Positions 46,872 to 61,316 of a stretch of DNA of 64,000 bases are shown in pieces. Location: contig CAVQEQ010000001.1 in NCBI GenBank assembly GCA_963711565.1, positions 32,001 through 96,000 of the forward strand, given 5' to 3'. The notes beneath the pieces are model-generated. The model did not search any database and was not told where the DNA came from. It worked only from the letters and a program-made list of their open reading frames with translations. The stretch comes from an uncultured delta proteobacterium. GTDB lineage: Bacteria; Desulfobacterota; Binatia; Binatales; Binataceae. How positions within the stretch are numbered: position 1 is the stretch's first letter; the number at the start of each line of letters is the position of its first letter. Made by a program: the position numbers and the translations under genes.

Positions 46872-48203
46872 ATGAGCGGCGACACAATCTTCCGCGAATA
46901 CCGGATCTCGGACGCCGAGCGCTCCGACCGCTCGGCTGGCGACCGGCTGCGCCATCGGCAGAAAGTTCGCGAATCGATCCGCGAGAACATCGCCGACATC
47001 ATCGCCGAAGAATCAATCATCGGCAAAGACAAAGACCGCGTCATCAAGGTTCCGCTGCGCGGGATCAAGGAATACCGCTTTGTTTACGGCGACAACTCGC
47101 CCGGCGCATCGCAAGGCGACGGCGACTCGCGCCCCGGCCAAGTCGTCGGCAAGACCGGCAAAGACGGCCCCGGCAAGGGCGACGAGCACGCCGGCGACCG
47201 CCCCGGCGTCGATTACTACGAGACCAACGTCACACTCGAGGAATTGATCGAGATCATGTTCGAGGATCTCGAACTGCCGAACCTCGAACGGCGCGCTCTG
47301 CGCGAAATCCAGTCCGACTACTCGTCGCGGCGCAAAGGCTACCGCAAGGTCGGCATACGCATCAGGCTCGACAAGCGGCGCACCGCCAAGCAGCGCGTGA
47401 TGCGGATGCTGGCGTCCGACAAGCGGCTCGATGCGGCTAACCGCGCACTCGAGGAATCGAAGGCCGACCGCGAAGCGGACGCCGAGGCGGACGTTGAAGG
47501 CGCGCTCGACGAGATCGCTCTCGAGGAGGGCACGCTCGACGAAGAATCCCTCGACACTTCCCCAGCAGCCGCCGCATTCCAGCGCGTCCGCCGCCGCTTC
47601 CCCTTCCACCAGGACGACCTGCGCTACAAGCACGTCGAGATCGACACCAAGGAAGAGTCCAACGCCGCCGTCATCTGCATCATGGACACCTCGGGCTCGA
47701 TGGACACGATGAAGAAGTACCTGGCGCGCAGCTTCTTCTTCCTACTCTACCAGTTTATCTCGACGCGCTACCGCAACGTCGAAATCGTTTTCATCGCGCA
47801 TCACACGGAAGCCAGCGAGGTCACCGAGGAAGAATTTTTCCACAAGGGCGAATCGGGCGGCACATTTATTTCTTCGGGCTATGCCAAGGCGCTGGAAATA
47901 ATCGCCGCGCGCTACCATCCGTCGCTGTGGAACCTGTACGCGTTCCATTGCTCCGACGGCGACAACTTCGACTCCGACAATCCCGCCGCGCTCAAGGACG
48001 CGGAAGAGTTGGCCGAAATTTGCAACCTGTTCGGCTACGGTGAAATCAAACCGCTCGGCTCGCGCTACTATGAATCCTCGATGCTCAACGTGTTCCGCCG
48101 AATCCAAGCGCCGAACTTTCACACCGTGCTGATCGAGCGCAAGGAAGACATCTGGCCGTCGTTCAAAGCGTTCCTTGCCAAGGACCGGGTGAAGGAAGCA
48201 TGA
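46872..48203 (+). CDS. yeaH: YeaH/YhbH (DUF444) family protein
   Basis: D..RH..KV, KVP.RGIKEYRF, MDTSGSM VWA motif, ESGGT, SDGDN. Confidence 0.92.
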   Translation: MSGDTIFREYRISDAERSDRSAGDRLRHRQKVRESIRENIADIIAEESIIGKDKDRVIKVPLRGIKEYRFVYGDNSPGASQGDGDSRPGQVVGKTGKDGPGKGDEHAGDRPGVDYYETNVTLEELIEIMFEDLELPNLERRALREIQSDYSSRRKGYRKVGIRIRLDKRRTAKQRVMRMLASDKRLDAANRALEESKADREADAEADVEGALDEIALEEGTLDEESLDTSPAAAAFQRVRRRFPFHQDDLRYKHVEIDTKEESNAAVICIMDTSGSMDTMKKYLARSFFFLLYQFISTRYRNVEIVFIAHHTEASEVTEEEFFHKGESGGTFISSGYAKALEIIAARYHPSLWNLYAFHCSDGDNFDSDNPAALKDAEELAEICNLFGYGEIKPLGSRYYESSMLNVFRRIQAPNFHTVLIERKEDIWPSFKAFLAKDRVKEA

Positions 48204-49669
48204 GCGCCACTACGCACGCGGGCGCGACTCCACGAATCGCGCACTGGGACCTGCGCGACCTTGTCGAATGGGATCGCAAGATTCGCGACAAGGCCGACGA
48301 GTTCGGGCTCGACTGCTATCCGCAGGAGTTCGAGCTTTGCGATCACAACGGGATGCTCGGCTACATGGCGTATTCCGGCATGCCGTCGCATTACCCGCAT
48401 TGGTCGTACGGCAAGTCGTACGAGAAGCTGAAGACGCTGTACGATCACGGCGTCAGCGGGCTGCCGTACGAGATGGTGATCAACTCGAACCCGGCGATCG
48501 CGTACCTGATGCGCGACAATTCGCTGCTGCTGCACATTCTCACGATCGCGCACGTCTATGGGCACAACGATTTTTTCAAAAACAATTTTACGTTCAAGTC
48601 GGCGACCCGCGCGGAGCTGACGATCGAGAGCTTCAAGGCGGCGGCGATACGGGTGCGACGCTACGTCGAGGACCCGTCGATCGGCGTCGAGAAGGTCGAG
48701 CGCATTCTCGACGCGGCGCACGCGCTGTCGTGGCAGTGCCGGCGCAACTTCGCGATCAAGAAACTCTCGCCGCTCCAGCAGATGGCCCGCGCGGAAGACA
48801 GCGCGCAGGGACAGCCCGATCCATTTCAGAAGATCCACGCGCGCAAGACGATCGAGGTTCCCGACTTTCACAAAGTACCGCTCGAACCCGACGAGGACGT
48901 CCTGCTCTTCATCCGCGATCACAACCCGTTCCTCGCCGACTTCGAAAAAGACCTGCTCACCATCGTCGATGAGGAAGCGAAGTACTTCATCTCGATGATG
49001 GAGACGAAGATCATGAACGAGGGCTGGGCGAGTTACTGGCACAAGAAAATTCTCGAGTCGCTCGACCTCGACCAGGGGCTGCATCTCGAATTCATCGTCA
49101 ATCACAACCAGGTCTGCCGCCCGATTCCCGGCCAGATCAACCCATATCACCTCGGACTAAAGATTTGGGAAGACATTTACCGGCGCTTTACGAATCCGAC
49201 CGCCGAGGAAATCAAGCGCGACGGACCGCCGGCGAAATCGGGCAGCGAAAAAATCTTCGAGGTGCGCGAGGTCGAGCGTGACGCGTCGTTCCTCCGCCGC
49301 TACCTGACCGAAGACCTTATGCGCGAGATGGATATCTTCGAGTACGAGGCGCGCGGCGAGGAGCTGGTCGTCAGCAAAGTTGCCGACGACGAAGGCTGGA
49401 AGGAAGTCAAGGCGACGCTGATCAAGAACGTCGGCACCAACTCGATCCCGGTACTCAAGGTCGACGACGCCGACTTCGGCCAGAACCGAACTCTTTACGT
49501 GAAGCACGATCACGACGGCCGCGACTTGCACATCGAGTACGCCGAGAAGAGCCTCAACTACCTGCAGCGGCTATGGGGCCGCGAAGTCGTGCTCGAAACC
49601 GTGCTCGACGGCAAGCGCTCGCTGTTGTGCAGTAACGATCGCGGTTTCTCCGTCCGCGCCCTCAAGTAA
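48200..49669 (+). CDS. spoVR: SpoVR family protein
   Basis: GMP.HYPHWSYGK, YEMVINSNP, AHVYGHNDFF, TKIMNEGWASYWH, NPY.LG. Confidence 0.95.
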   Translation: MSATTHAGATPRIAHWDLRDLVEWDRKIRDKADEFGLDCYPQEFELCDHNGMLGYMAYSGMPSHYPHWSYGKSYEKLKTLYDHGVSGLPYEMVINSNPAIAYLMRDNSLLLHILTIAHVYGHNDFFKNNFTFKSATRAELTIESFKAAAIRVRRYVEDPSIGVEKVERILDAAHALSWQCRRNFAIKKLSPLQQMARAEDSAQGQPDPFQKIHARKTIEVPDFHKVPLEPDEDVLLFIRDHNPFLADFEKDLLTIVDEEAKYFISMMETKIMNEGWASYWHKKILESLDLDQGLHLEFIVNHNQVCRPIPGQINPYHLGLKIWEDIYRRFTNPTAEEIKRDGPPAKSGSEKIFEVREVERDASFLRRYLTEDLMREMDIFEYEARGEELVVSKVADDEGWKEVKATLIKNVGTNSIPVLKVDDADFGQNRTLYVKHDHDGRDLHIEYAEKSLNYLQRLWGREVVLETVLDGKRSLLCSNDRGFSVRALK

Positions 49670-49773
49670 CCCCCGCCCCCTTTCGGCCCATTGCGGCACG
49701 TTGCTTTAGATTTGATGGTCTTATAATTTCACTGCCGGACGATGCGGTTCGGGTCGGCTGCAAGGAGGCGCGG

Positions 49774-49959
49774 ATGATGGAGTGGCCGAAGTGCCAAAAG
49801 TGTAACGCGGGCGCGTTGATTCCCCTGTCCGATTACGGACAGGAAGGCGCTTCGGTGTTGTTCAAGGCCTGGGTGTGTACCAATCCTGATTGCGGTTTCA
49901 GTCTGCGCGTTGACAAGGGCGAAGTGACTTACGGCAGACGAATCGAGACCAAACACTGA
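49774..49959 (+). CDS. small Zn-ribbon-like protein
   Basis: AAGGAGG RBS; CQKC ... CTNPDC. Confidence 0.75.
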   Translation: MMEWPKCQKCNAGALIPLSDYGQEGASVLFKAWVCTNPDCGFSLRVDKGEVTYGRRIETKH

Positions 49960-49984
49960 TTAGTCTTTTGCTACGATTTGTATT

Positions 49985-50013
49985 GGGCAGTCCGCTCGGG
50001 CCGCCCTTTTTTT
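49985..50013 (+). terminator. intrinsic terminator
   Basis: GGGCAGTCC-GCTC-GGGCCGCCC hairpin followed by T7. Confidence 0.7.
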
Positions 50014-50082
50014 ATCCCGTCTCTCTTTGTCGAATCTTCGCCTCCGCTTGAAACATCCGGTGGCGCCCATCGTCTCTTGATC

Positions 50083-50619
50083 ATGGGCCGTTGCTTCCAA
50101 ATCGCGTTGGCCGCCAGCACTGCATGCTTGCTTTCCGGATGCATGTCGTATGGCGAGACTGTCGTTTACCAGCTCTATCAAACCAACGCCGACCGATGCG
50201 CTCAAAACGAAACCGACGCTTGTGTGGCGATGCTCCAGTCCAGTTGCGACGCCCCCGCGAGCGTATGCACGAACTACGCGCCCGAATTTCAGGCGCAGGC
50301 CAGCAGGCAGCTCTCGCGAGCGTGCCAGTCGAATGACGACGCGTCCTGCCACGCACTCGACGCGGTGGCGTGCGACAACGGCGACTCTGCAGTGTGCGAT
50401 CGCCTCCGTGAGGATTACGCGAGACTTTATTCGTCGTGCAAATTGGGCGACGCGAGCGATTGCGAGTCCCTGTCGCTGTCGGTATGGCCGAAAGCGCAGA
50501 CCGATCTGGCAATCAACCAGTGTGAGAACGGTGACACTATCGCTTGCCGAGTCGCCAGTTCGAGCGCCAGCGCGATGAAGGTGACCGTCGACAAGAACGC
50601 GCAGTTCGCGACGTTCTAG
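50083..50619 (+). CDS. Cys-rich lipoprotein with Sel1/Hcp-like C-x7-C repeats
   Basis: Lipobox LSGC; five C-x7-C units. Confidence 0.7.
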   Translation: MGRCFQIALAASTACLLSGCMSYGETVVYQLYQTNADRCAQNETDACVAMLQSSCDAPASVCTNYAPEFQAQASRQLSRACQSNDDASCHALDAVACDNGDSAVCDRLREDYARLYSSCKLGDASDCESLSLSVWPKAQTDLAINQCENGDTIACRVASSSASAMKVTVDKNAQFATF

Positions 50620-50639
50620 AATGGAGCGAAAGGCCTCGC

Positions 50640-52001
50640 TTACGCGCGCGCGTGGATTCGGTAACCCCAACGCAGCCACGCGATCGAACCGTCGGGATTC
50701 CGGATGAACTCGCCCTGGATATCCTTGAACGCCGGCTCGACCATCGCGACGCGATCCTTACCGATCAAGCCGATTCGAAATGGCGGCGGCGGCGGACCTG
50801 GTGGAGTGTTTGAGGTTGGGAATCCGCCCTTCGGATGAGGCTGCATCATTAGTTTGCCGGCTTCCGTCTTGATCTCGATATCGCCACCCATGGTCCGCGT
50901 ATAGCGCCCCGAATATTCAGCGGTCTGCGCGGGAGTCATCGGAATCTCGGCGGGCTCCGGCTCGTCGTTTCCAAGGAACTTAGCCACCAGGCCTTTCGTC
51001 ACTTCGAGATTCAGGAGTCCGCCGTTCATCGAATTGGTGGCTAGCGCGAGTCCGAACTTGCGCGCCGGGGTCATCGTGAAAGCCGAGATTTGGCCGTAGG
51101 TTCCGCCGCCGTGAAATACGCGCCGGAGTCCGCCGATGTCGCGTGTCATCCACGCGAGTCCCATCTTGATATCGAGCATCCTGGCATTGCCGGGCGTCTG
51201 CATCATGGCGATCGATTCCGGCGTGAGGATGCGCAGGCCGTCCTCCGCAGTCCCGTCTCCCAGGTGAAACCGCGCGTAGCGCAGCTGATCCTTCATCGAT
51301 GCTGCGATTCCGCCGGCCGACGCGCACGCGCGTATCACCTGCCACGGACGCAGCACGACAGTCCGGTCGCCGAGCGTCGCATGGCCGACGGCGTAGCTAT
51401 GAGTCATCACGTCCGTCGGGAACAGAAATGAGTGCTTCAGCCCGATCGGCCGAAGCACGAGCTCATTGAGCGCCACCTCATAAGTCTTGCCCGTAACAAC
51501 CTCGACCACCCGGCCGGCGAGCGAGAACGCGGCGTTGTTGTACGACAGGATAGTACCGAGGGGAGTAAGTTGCGGCAGATCCGCCATCAGCTTGACGTAG
51601 CGGGCGAGCGCGTCGTCGCCATTGCCGGTGTCGGGGAAGAAGTCGCCTTCCCATCCGCCGGTATGAGTCAGCAGATGACGCATCGTGACTCGCGCTGTGA
51701 CCTCAGGATCGCGCATCTTAAAGTCCGGTAGATAAGTCAGAATCGGCTCGTCGAGCGCGAGCTTCCCGGCCTCGACCAGTCGCATCACGGCGGTGGCGGT
51801 GAAGGTCTTGGTCGTCGAGCCGATTTGAAAGAGCGTCTTTTCATCCACGGGGAGTGGATGACGAATGTTGGTGACGCCGAATCCCTTTATGAACTCGCGT
51901 CCCTCGCAAACGATCCCCAGTGCGACGCCCGGAACCTTGTGCCGAGCCATCGCGTCGGGAATGCGATCGCAAATCCCGGTGAACAGTTCTTCAACGTCCA
52001 T
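50640..52001 (-). CDS. serine hydrolase (class C beta-lactamase-like)
   Basis: SxxK (GSTTK), LLTHTGG, YNN, HGG motifs. Confidence 0.92.
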   Translation of the reverse strand: MDVEELFTGICDRIPDAMARHKVPGVALGIVCEGREFIKGFGVTNIRHPLPVDEKTLFQIGSTTKTFTATAVMRLVEAGKLALDEPILTYLPDFKMRDPEVTARVTMRHLLTHTGGWEGDFFPDTGNGDDALARYVKLMADLPQLTPLGTILSYNNAAFSLAGRVVEVVTGKTYEVALNELVLRPIGLKHSFLFPTDVMTHSYAVGHATLGDRTVVLRPWQVIRACASAGGIAASMKDQLRYARFHLGDGTAEDGLRILTPESIAMMQTPGNARMLDIKMGLAWMTRDIGGLRRVFHGGGTYGQISAFTMTPARKFGLALATNSMNGGLLNLEVTKGLVAKFLGNDEPEPAEIPMTPAQTAEYSGRYTRTMGGDIEIKTEAGKLMMQPHPKGGFPTSNTPPGPPPPPFRIGLIGKDRVAMVEPAFKDIQGEFIRNPDGSIAWLRWGYRIHARA

Positions 52002-52145
52002 CACGCGAGTCTCTTTAGCACATTCGAGGTGGCGCCACGCACCGATGTCGGCGTAAGAAAACTTTGTCTTGATTTCCGATGGCGCGCGATCGGCGTTGCA
52101 GATCCGCCGATTGAGTTAGTTTACTAGTAAGTCTAGAATTAGATT

Positions 52146-52394
52146 ATGATTCGGCTCAACATACATGAAGCCAAAACGCACCTCTCGAAACATCTGCGCC
52201 GCGTAAAGAAAGGAGAAACTATCATATTATGCGAGCGTAATGTGCCAATCGCCGAGATTCGGCCGATCAAGCCGGAGAATCGTGGGCCTCGACCGATCGG
52301 GCTCGATAAGGGACGTTTTATCGTTCCCGAAAATTTTAACGATCCACTTCCCGACTGGCTGCTCGACGCGTTTGAGGGCAAAGACCCGAAGTGA
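52146..52394 (+). CDS. vapB: Phd/YefM-family antitoxin
   Basis: NIHEAKTHLS..L..V..GE.I.L...N.PIA, F.DPLP...LDAFEG. Confidence 0.9.
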   Translation: MIRLNIHEAKTHLSKHLRRVKKGETIILCERNVPIAEIRPIKPENRGPRPIGLDKGRFIVPENFNDPLPDWLLDAFEGKDPK

Positions 52395-52777
52395 AGCTCT
52401 TGCTCGATTCCTGCACATTCTTGTGGATCGTTGCCGACGACCCACATCTTTCGGCAACCGCGCGCGCAATGTTTCGCGATCCGTCGAATGAGGCTTTCCT
52501 AAGTGTCGTTTCTGCGTGGGAAATCGCGGTGAAGAGCGCGCTCGGAAACATGCCTCTGCCTGAACCTGCGGATAGCTATGTGCCCAATTTTCGAAAAAAA
52601 GAGCTGATCGAACCCCTGCCCCTCAGCGAAGAGATGGTGCTGCAGGTCGTTCGTCTGCCGTTGATCCATCGCGACCCCTTCGATCGTTTGTTGATTTGCC
52701 AGGCGATTGCAGAGGGTATGGCGATTCTCACTCCCGACAATCGGATCAGACAATATCCAGTGAGAACCATTTGGTGA
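52391..52777 (+). CDS. vapC: VapC PIN-domain toxin
   Basis: LLDSCTFLW, S.WEI.VK, HRDPFDRLLI.QA, TPD; GTGA overlap. Confidence 0.92.
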   Translation: MKLLLDSCTFLWIVADDPHLSATARAMFRDPSNEAFLSVVSAWEIAVKSALGNMPLPEPADSYVPNFRKKELIEPLPLSEEMVLQVVRLPLIHRDPFDRLLICQAIAEGMAILTPDNRIRQYPVRTIW

Positions 52778-52780
52778 TCG

Positions 52781-53170
52781 ATGATTATTCGACGATCGCA
52801 TTTGTTCCTGTTCCTGGCCGCATTGCTTCTCGCATCGCGGGCGAGTGCCAGCGTAATTTTTATTTCGCAGGACGACAACGGGCGCGAGTTTACGCTCGAT
52901 CGGGGCGACGCGCTGGAGATCTCGCTGCCTGCGACTTCGGGGACCGGATACACCTGGCAGGCCGAGCCGGTCAACGGCGGATTCGTCAAGCAGGTCGGCG
53001 AGCCGGCGTTCGCGCTCGACAGCGCGATGCCCGGTGCGTCGGGACATCAGATATTCCACTTCTCCGTCGGCGCGAGCGGGACCGGCATCCTCAAGATACG
53101 TTACACCCGCCCGTGGGAAAAAGGCTCGAAGCCGGCCAAGGTCTTCAAGATCATGTTGATCGTCCACTAG
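52781..53170 (+). CDS. protease inhibitor I42 (chagasin) family, secreted
   Basis: Signal peptide; TGYTW, PGASG, Y.RPWE loops. Confidence 0.85.
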   Translation: MIIRRSHLFLFLAALLLASRASASVIFISQDDNGREFTLDRGDALEISLPATSGTGYTWQAEPVNGGFVKQVGEPAFALDSAMPGASGHQIFHFSVGASGTGILKIRYTRPWEKGSKPAKVFKIMLIVH

Positions 53171-53214
53171 GTTGCGGCGATCGGACGCGGCTTATTGTGC
53201 TACGGGAGCGCGAG

Positions 53215-53248
53215 AAAAAATAAGGACGGAGTCTTTCGACTCCGCCCT
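53215..53248 (-). terminator. rRNA operon intrinsic terminator
   Basis: CGGAGTC-TTTC-GACTCCG hairpin with A-run on its left (U-tract on minus strand). Confidence 0.75.
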
Positions 53249-53257
53249 CTTGAGATT

Positions 53258-53376
53258 CCCCGGCCGCGTCCTACTCTCCCGTGACGCCTTCGGTCACAGT
53301 ACCATCGGCGCTGAAGGGCTTAACTGCCGTGTTCGGGATGGGAACGGGTGTTTCACCTTCGCCATGGCGACCGGAA
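53258..53376 (-). rRNA. rrf: 5S rRNA
   Basis: Reverse complement contains CACCCGTTCCCATCCCGAACACGG, GCCGATGGTACTG, GGGAGAGTAGG; ends approximate. Confidence 0.95.
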
Positions 53377-53551
53377 ACCTGCCGCGTCCACTACAAAGTG
53401 AACGCCAAGCTCCGACAAATCTGAATAGTAGGGTCTGCAAGTGCAGTCGTTCGAACCTTATCTGTGACTCGACCTTTGCCGTCCCATCCGGTTAGCGATT
53501 GAAACCCGGACAAGTATGCGGCGGCTATTTCAAGGTTAGTTGAAATAGGTA

Positions 53552-56552
<3,001 letters not shown>

Positions 56553-56707
56553 CTTAAGGTCTTGAGTCACATACAAGGCTCTACTAACTACACTTTTAGA
56601 TACCCTACTATTCAGTTGTCAAAGACCGGATCGACCACCCACTACTACTCCTAGTTCAGCGGGAGCGAAAACTTCATCGGACACTTGTCATGTCCGGTTG
56701 TTAATAC

Positions 56708-56783
56708 TGGTGGAGCGGACCGGGATTGAACCGGCAACCCTCGGCTTGCAAAGCCGATGCTCTCCCAATTGAGCTACCGCCCC
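56708..56783 (-). tRNA. tRNA-Ala(TGC)
   Basis: GGGGCGGTAGCTCAATTGGGAGAGC...TTGCA...TCCACCA, 76 nt with encoded CCA. Confidence 0.96.
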
Positions 56784-56856
56784 AAACCCTGCCTACTGAT
56801 CCGCTAACTCTCGAGCCGCGCCGTCCTGTCCGTTTCTAACTATCGCGTGAGAAAAA

Positions 56857-56933
56857 TGGTGGGCCCAGGAAGAGTCGAACTTCCGACCTCGCCCTTATCA
56901 GGGGCGCGCTCTAGCCAACTGAGCTATGGGCCC
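56857..56933 (-). tRNA. tRNA-Ile(GAT)
   Basis: GGGCCCATAGCTCAGTTGGCTAGAGC...CTGATAA...GTTCGAC...CCCACCA. Confidence 0.96.
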
Positions 56934-56994
56934 AGCTGATAGTGCGCATCGGCCGGCCTTGCGCAGGCTCGAATCCAGTATCGATCCAAAAATC

Positions 56995-57006
56995 TTGTCA
57001 AAGAGC
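56995..57006 (-). promoter_or_regulatory. boxA-like antitermination element in ITS
   Basis: GCTCTTTGACAA on minus strand; related GGTCTTTGACAA at 56616-56627. Confidence 0.55.
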
Positions 57007-57158
57007 AAACTCAACCCTGAGAAAGGGCGGCCCTTCAAAACCGAATAGTAGTGCGAGCGGGGGTGGAAACAGACTTCTCTGCCACGGCCGAAACCGACCG
57101 GTATTACCCGGCGGTTGACCTCGAATGGCCAACTCTCCGAGGAGAGCTGGCGTACTCG

Positions 57159-58725
<1,567 letters not shown>

Positions 58726-58871
58726 TATAGCTCAGTATATCCACCGTCCGAGACGCGGCTAACGCGTCATGGAACGGCAGGACTGACCGCATATTAAATC
58801 AAAGAAATCGGTCGGGCATCGAGTCCATTCCTGGACCCCCGCCGCCGATTAAGGCATGCACTACTATTCAG

Positions 58872-58883
58872 TTTTCAAAGACC
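58872..58883 (-). promoter_or_regulatory. leader boxA-like element next to 16S processing stem
   Basis: GGTCTTTGAAAA; adjacent CTACTATTC (58861) is complementary to GAATAGTAG (~57043). Confidence 0.6.
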
Positions 58884-58908
58884 AACCCTTTTCAGGGCGA
58901 ACGGAAAC

Positions 58909-59031
58909 AGTACTCTTCTAATCCGGTCCGTGTCAACGGGCATGTGAGGATTTCGGAGGCGAAGTTTCCACAGGCCGCGCCGCAAAGCGCCGCCGCAAGA
59001 AGAATGTACGCATTCCCGCAGTGCAAGTAAA
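58909..59031 (-). promoter_or_regulatory. candidate tandem rRNA promoters
   Basis: TTTACT-N17-TACATT (59031-59003) and TTGACA (58936-58931) with a weak -10. Confidence 0.45.
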
Positions 59032-59356
59032 GTCCCTCGACCGAAAAAATCCCGTCGCACATAAACGCTAACGTCCTCTTCCCTGACACAAAGTGTTCAG
59101 ACTATACTCCTTGGTTACTTGCTTGCTTGATTTGACGGTCTCTTCGTCAAAATTTGGCGTATTAGGCGAGAATTGGAGAGGACTCTTCACACGAGGGCAA
59201 TCGCGATGCGACGACTATTCAGCCTCACGGCCTTCGGTTTCGGCTTTTATTATTTGTGGAACAACACGGATACGACCACCGAAATGGTCGCACTCGGCGC
59301 GATGGGCTTCGCGCTGGTGCTCGAGTTCATCGGCGCCGACTAATCGATTTCCCCGC

Positions 59357-60103
59357 TCAGTGCCGCGCTTTGTGCGGACCCTGCCCCGCCCCCGGCAACA
59401 GCGAAAACTCCCCCTTCAGAGCGACCGTACCACCAGGGGCGTCGCTGTACGATTCATCTTCCAGCGTGACCTCGAGCGTCATTCCTTTCTCTCGTCCAGC
59501 AGGCAAATCGATCGGCACTGTCCCGAGCCCGTCGTCGCCAACCAGAAAATCCGCGGCCCAAATCGGCAATCCACGTTTCGGCATCCACCAGATACGGTAA
59601 ACCTGGAACGTGCCGGCTGGCCTGAGACCGTTCACTTGGAGCATCGCGACATCGGCCGACTCGCTCATCGCAAGTTTGCCTGTAGGAAGATCCAAGGCGC
59701 CTGACTGCCCGCTCGATTTGTCCTTCACCCTGTCTTTTTCCGCGGGCGCCGTCAGCTTGATTGTGCGAAGGTCTGACGCGAATAGAATTTTCTCAAACAC
59801 CTCGCCCTCAGTCGCGCGTTCGCGCACGGAGCCCAGCGTGCGCTGCTCAACGGCCTTCTGATGACGCAAGGTTCGGACGGTGGCATTCAGAGCTGCCACC
59901 CGGCGGTTCACATAGTTGTTGAGTCTGGCCTTGGACGCGGCGATTTCCAGCAACACGATCAGCGCCGCAATTGCGATCGCGACGGACATCCCGCCGATCG
60001 CCTGCCAGAGCCGGACGCGGAGCAGTCGCGGCGGCCGTTCGTTAGCTCGCGGTTCACCGCTATCGCGGCCTTCGGTACCCGGTTGCGGTTCGCTTTGCTC
60101 CAT
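59357..60103 (-). CDS. anti-sigma factor RskA-like membrane protein
   Basis: Single TM, coiled coil, GL.P....QVYRIW and VTLE....S..P.G.V.L.G C-terminal motifs. Confidence 0.7.
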   Translation of the reverse strand: MEQSEPQPGTEGRDSGEPRANERPPRLLRVRLWQAIGGMSVAIAIAALIVLLEIAASKARLNNYVNRRVAALNATVRTLRHQKAVEQRTLGSVRERATEGEVFEKILFASDLRTIKLTAPAEKDRVKDKSSGQSGALDLPTGKLAMSESADVAMLQVNGLRPAGTFQVYRIWWMPKRGLPIWAADFLVGDDGLGTVPIDLPAGREKGMTLEVTLEDESYSDAPGGTVALKGEFSLLPGAGQGPHKARH

Positions 60104-60219
60104 CACACATTACGGCACGACATGCTGCGCCAGGCCGGACGATTCGGTCCGACGTTATTATGCCCAATAGGTACCGTCTTTGTTAGCCGCATCGTTTCTT
60201 ATAGAAATAAGGCTTACCT

Positions 60220-61296
60220 ATGCTCCGAATTCAGGATGTTCACGTTCTCGCGACCGAACCGCTGATCGCGCCGCATCTGCTCAAGAACGAGATGCCGGTG
60301 GACGAAAGGATTGCGCGTACCGTGGTCGAGGCGCGCGAGACGATTCGCGAAATCTTGGCGGGTCGCGACCGCCGAATGCTCTGCATCGTGGGCCCGTGCT
60401 CCATCCACGACCCCGAGTCGGCGATTGACTACGCGCATCGCCTGGCGAAGCTGAAGGATGCCACCTCGGACCGGCTCTACCTCATCATGCGCGTGTACTT
60501 CGAGAAGCCGCGCACGACCGTGGGATGGAAAGGGCTGATCAACGATCCGCACATGGACGACAGTTGCGACATGCGCGAGGGACTCCGCATCGCGCGCCGG
60601 TTGTTGATCGAGATAAATCGGCTGGGCCTCGCGGCGGGGACCGAGTTGCTCGATCCGATCACGCCGCAATACATCGCGGACCTGATCGCGTGGGCTGCGA
60701 TCGGTGCGCGCACGACCGAGTCGCAGACGCATCGCGAGATGGCGAGTGGGTTGTCGATGCCGGTCGGCTTCAAGAACACCACCGAAGGAAATCTGCAAGC
60801 TGCGATCAACGCGATTCAATCGGCGCGCCGGCCGCATTCTTTTCTCGGCATCACGCAGGAGGGGATGTCTGCCGTGATTCGCACGTCCGGAAATCCCGAT
60901 ACACACGCCGTGCTTCGAGGTGGACGCAAGCCTAACTACGACGCCGGCAGTATCGAGGAGTGTCGCAAAATACTCGCCGACGCCGCGCTGGAGCCGCGCG
61001 TGATGGTGGATTGCTCGCACGCGCAGACCAGCAAGGACTTCACCCGGCAGCCCGCCGTGCTGCGCACACTGATCGACCAAATATGCGCCGGCAGTAACGC
61101 GATCATGGGCGTCATGCTCGAGAGCAATATCGAAGCGGGCAGCCAGCCGCTCAGCTCGAATCGCGCCGCGCTCAAGTACGGCGTGTCCGTCACCGACCCG
61201 TGCATCGACTGGCCGACGACCGAGCGATGCCTTCTCGAGGCGGCTTCGGCACTGGGCGCCTCCGGCCCAATCGCCGCTGCGAGCCACCGCGCATAG
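60220..61296 (+). CDS. aroG: class I-alpha DAHP synthase (AroF/G/H type; isozyme not distinguishable)
   Basis: GPCSIHD, RVYFEKPRTTVGWKG, IGARTTESQ, DCSH, YG.SVTD.CI. Confidence 0.93.
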   Translation: MLRIQDVHVLATEPLIAPHLLKNEMPVDERIARTVVEARETIREILAGRDRRMLCIVGPCSIHDPESAIDYAHRLAKLKDATSDRLYLIMRVYFEKPRTTVGWKGLINDPHMDDSCDMREGLRIARRLLIEINRLGLAAGTELLDPITPQYIADLIAWAAIGARTTESQTHREMASGLSMPVGFKNTTEGNLQAAINAIQSARRPHSFLGITQEGMSAVIRTSGNPDTHAVLRGGRKPNYDAGSIEECRKILADAALEPRVMVDCSHAQTSKDFTRQPAVLRTLIDQICAGSNAIMGVMLESNIEAGSQPLSSNRAALKYGVSVTDPCIDWPTTERCLLEAASALGASGPIAAASHRA

Positions 61297-61316
61297 CATC
61301 CCGTCCGCTCCCCACA

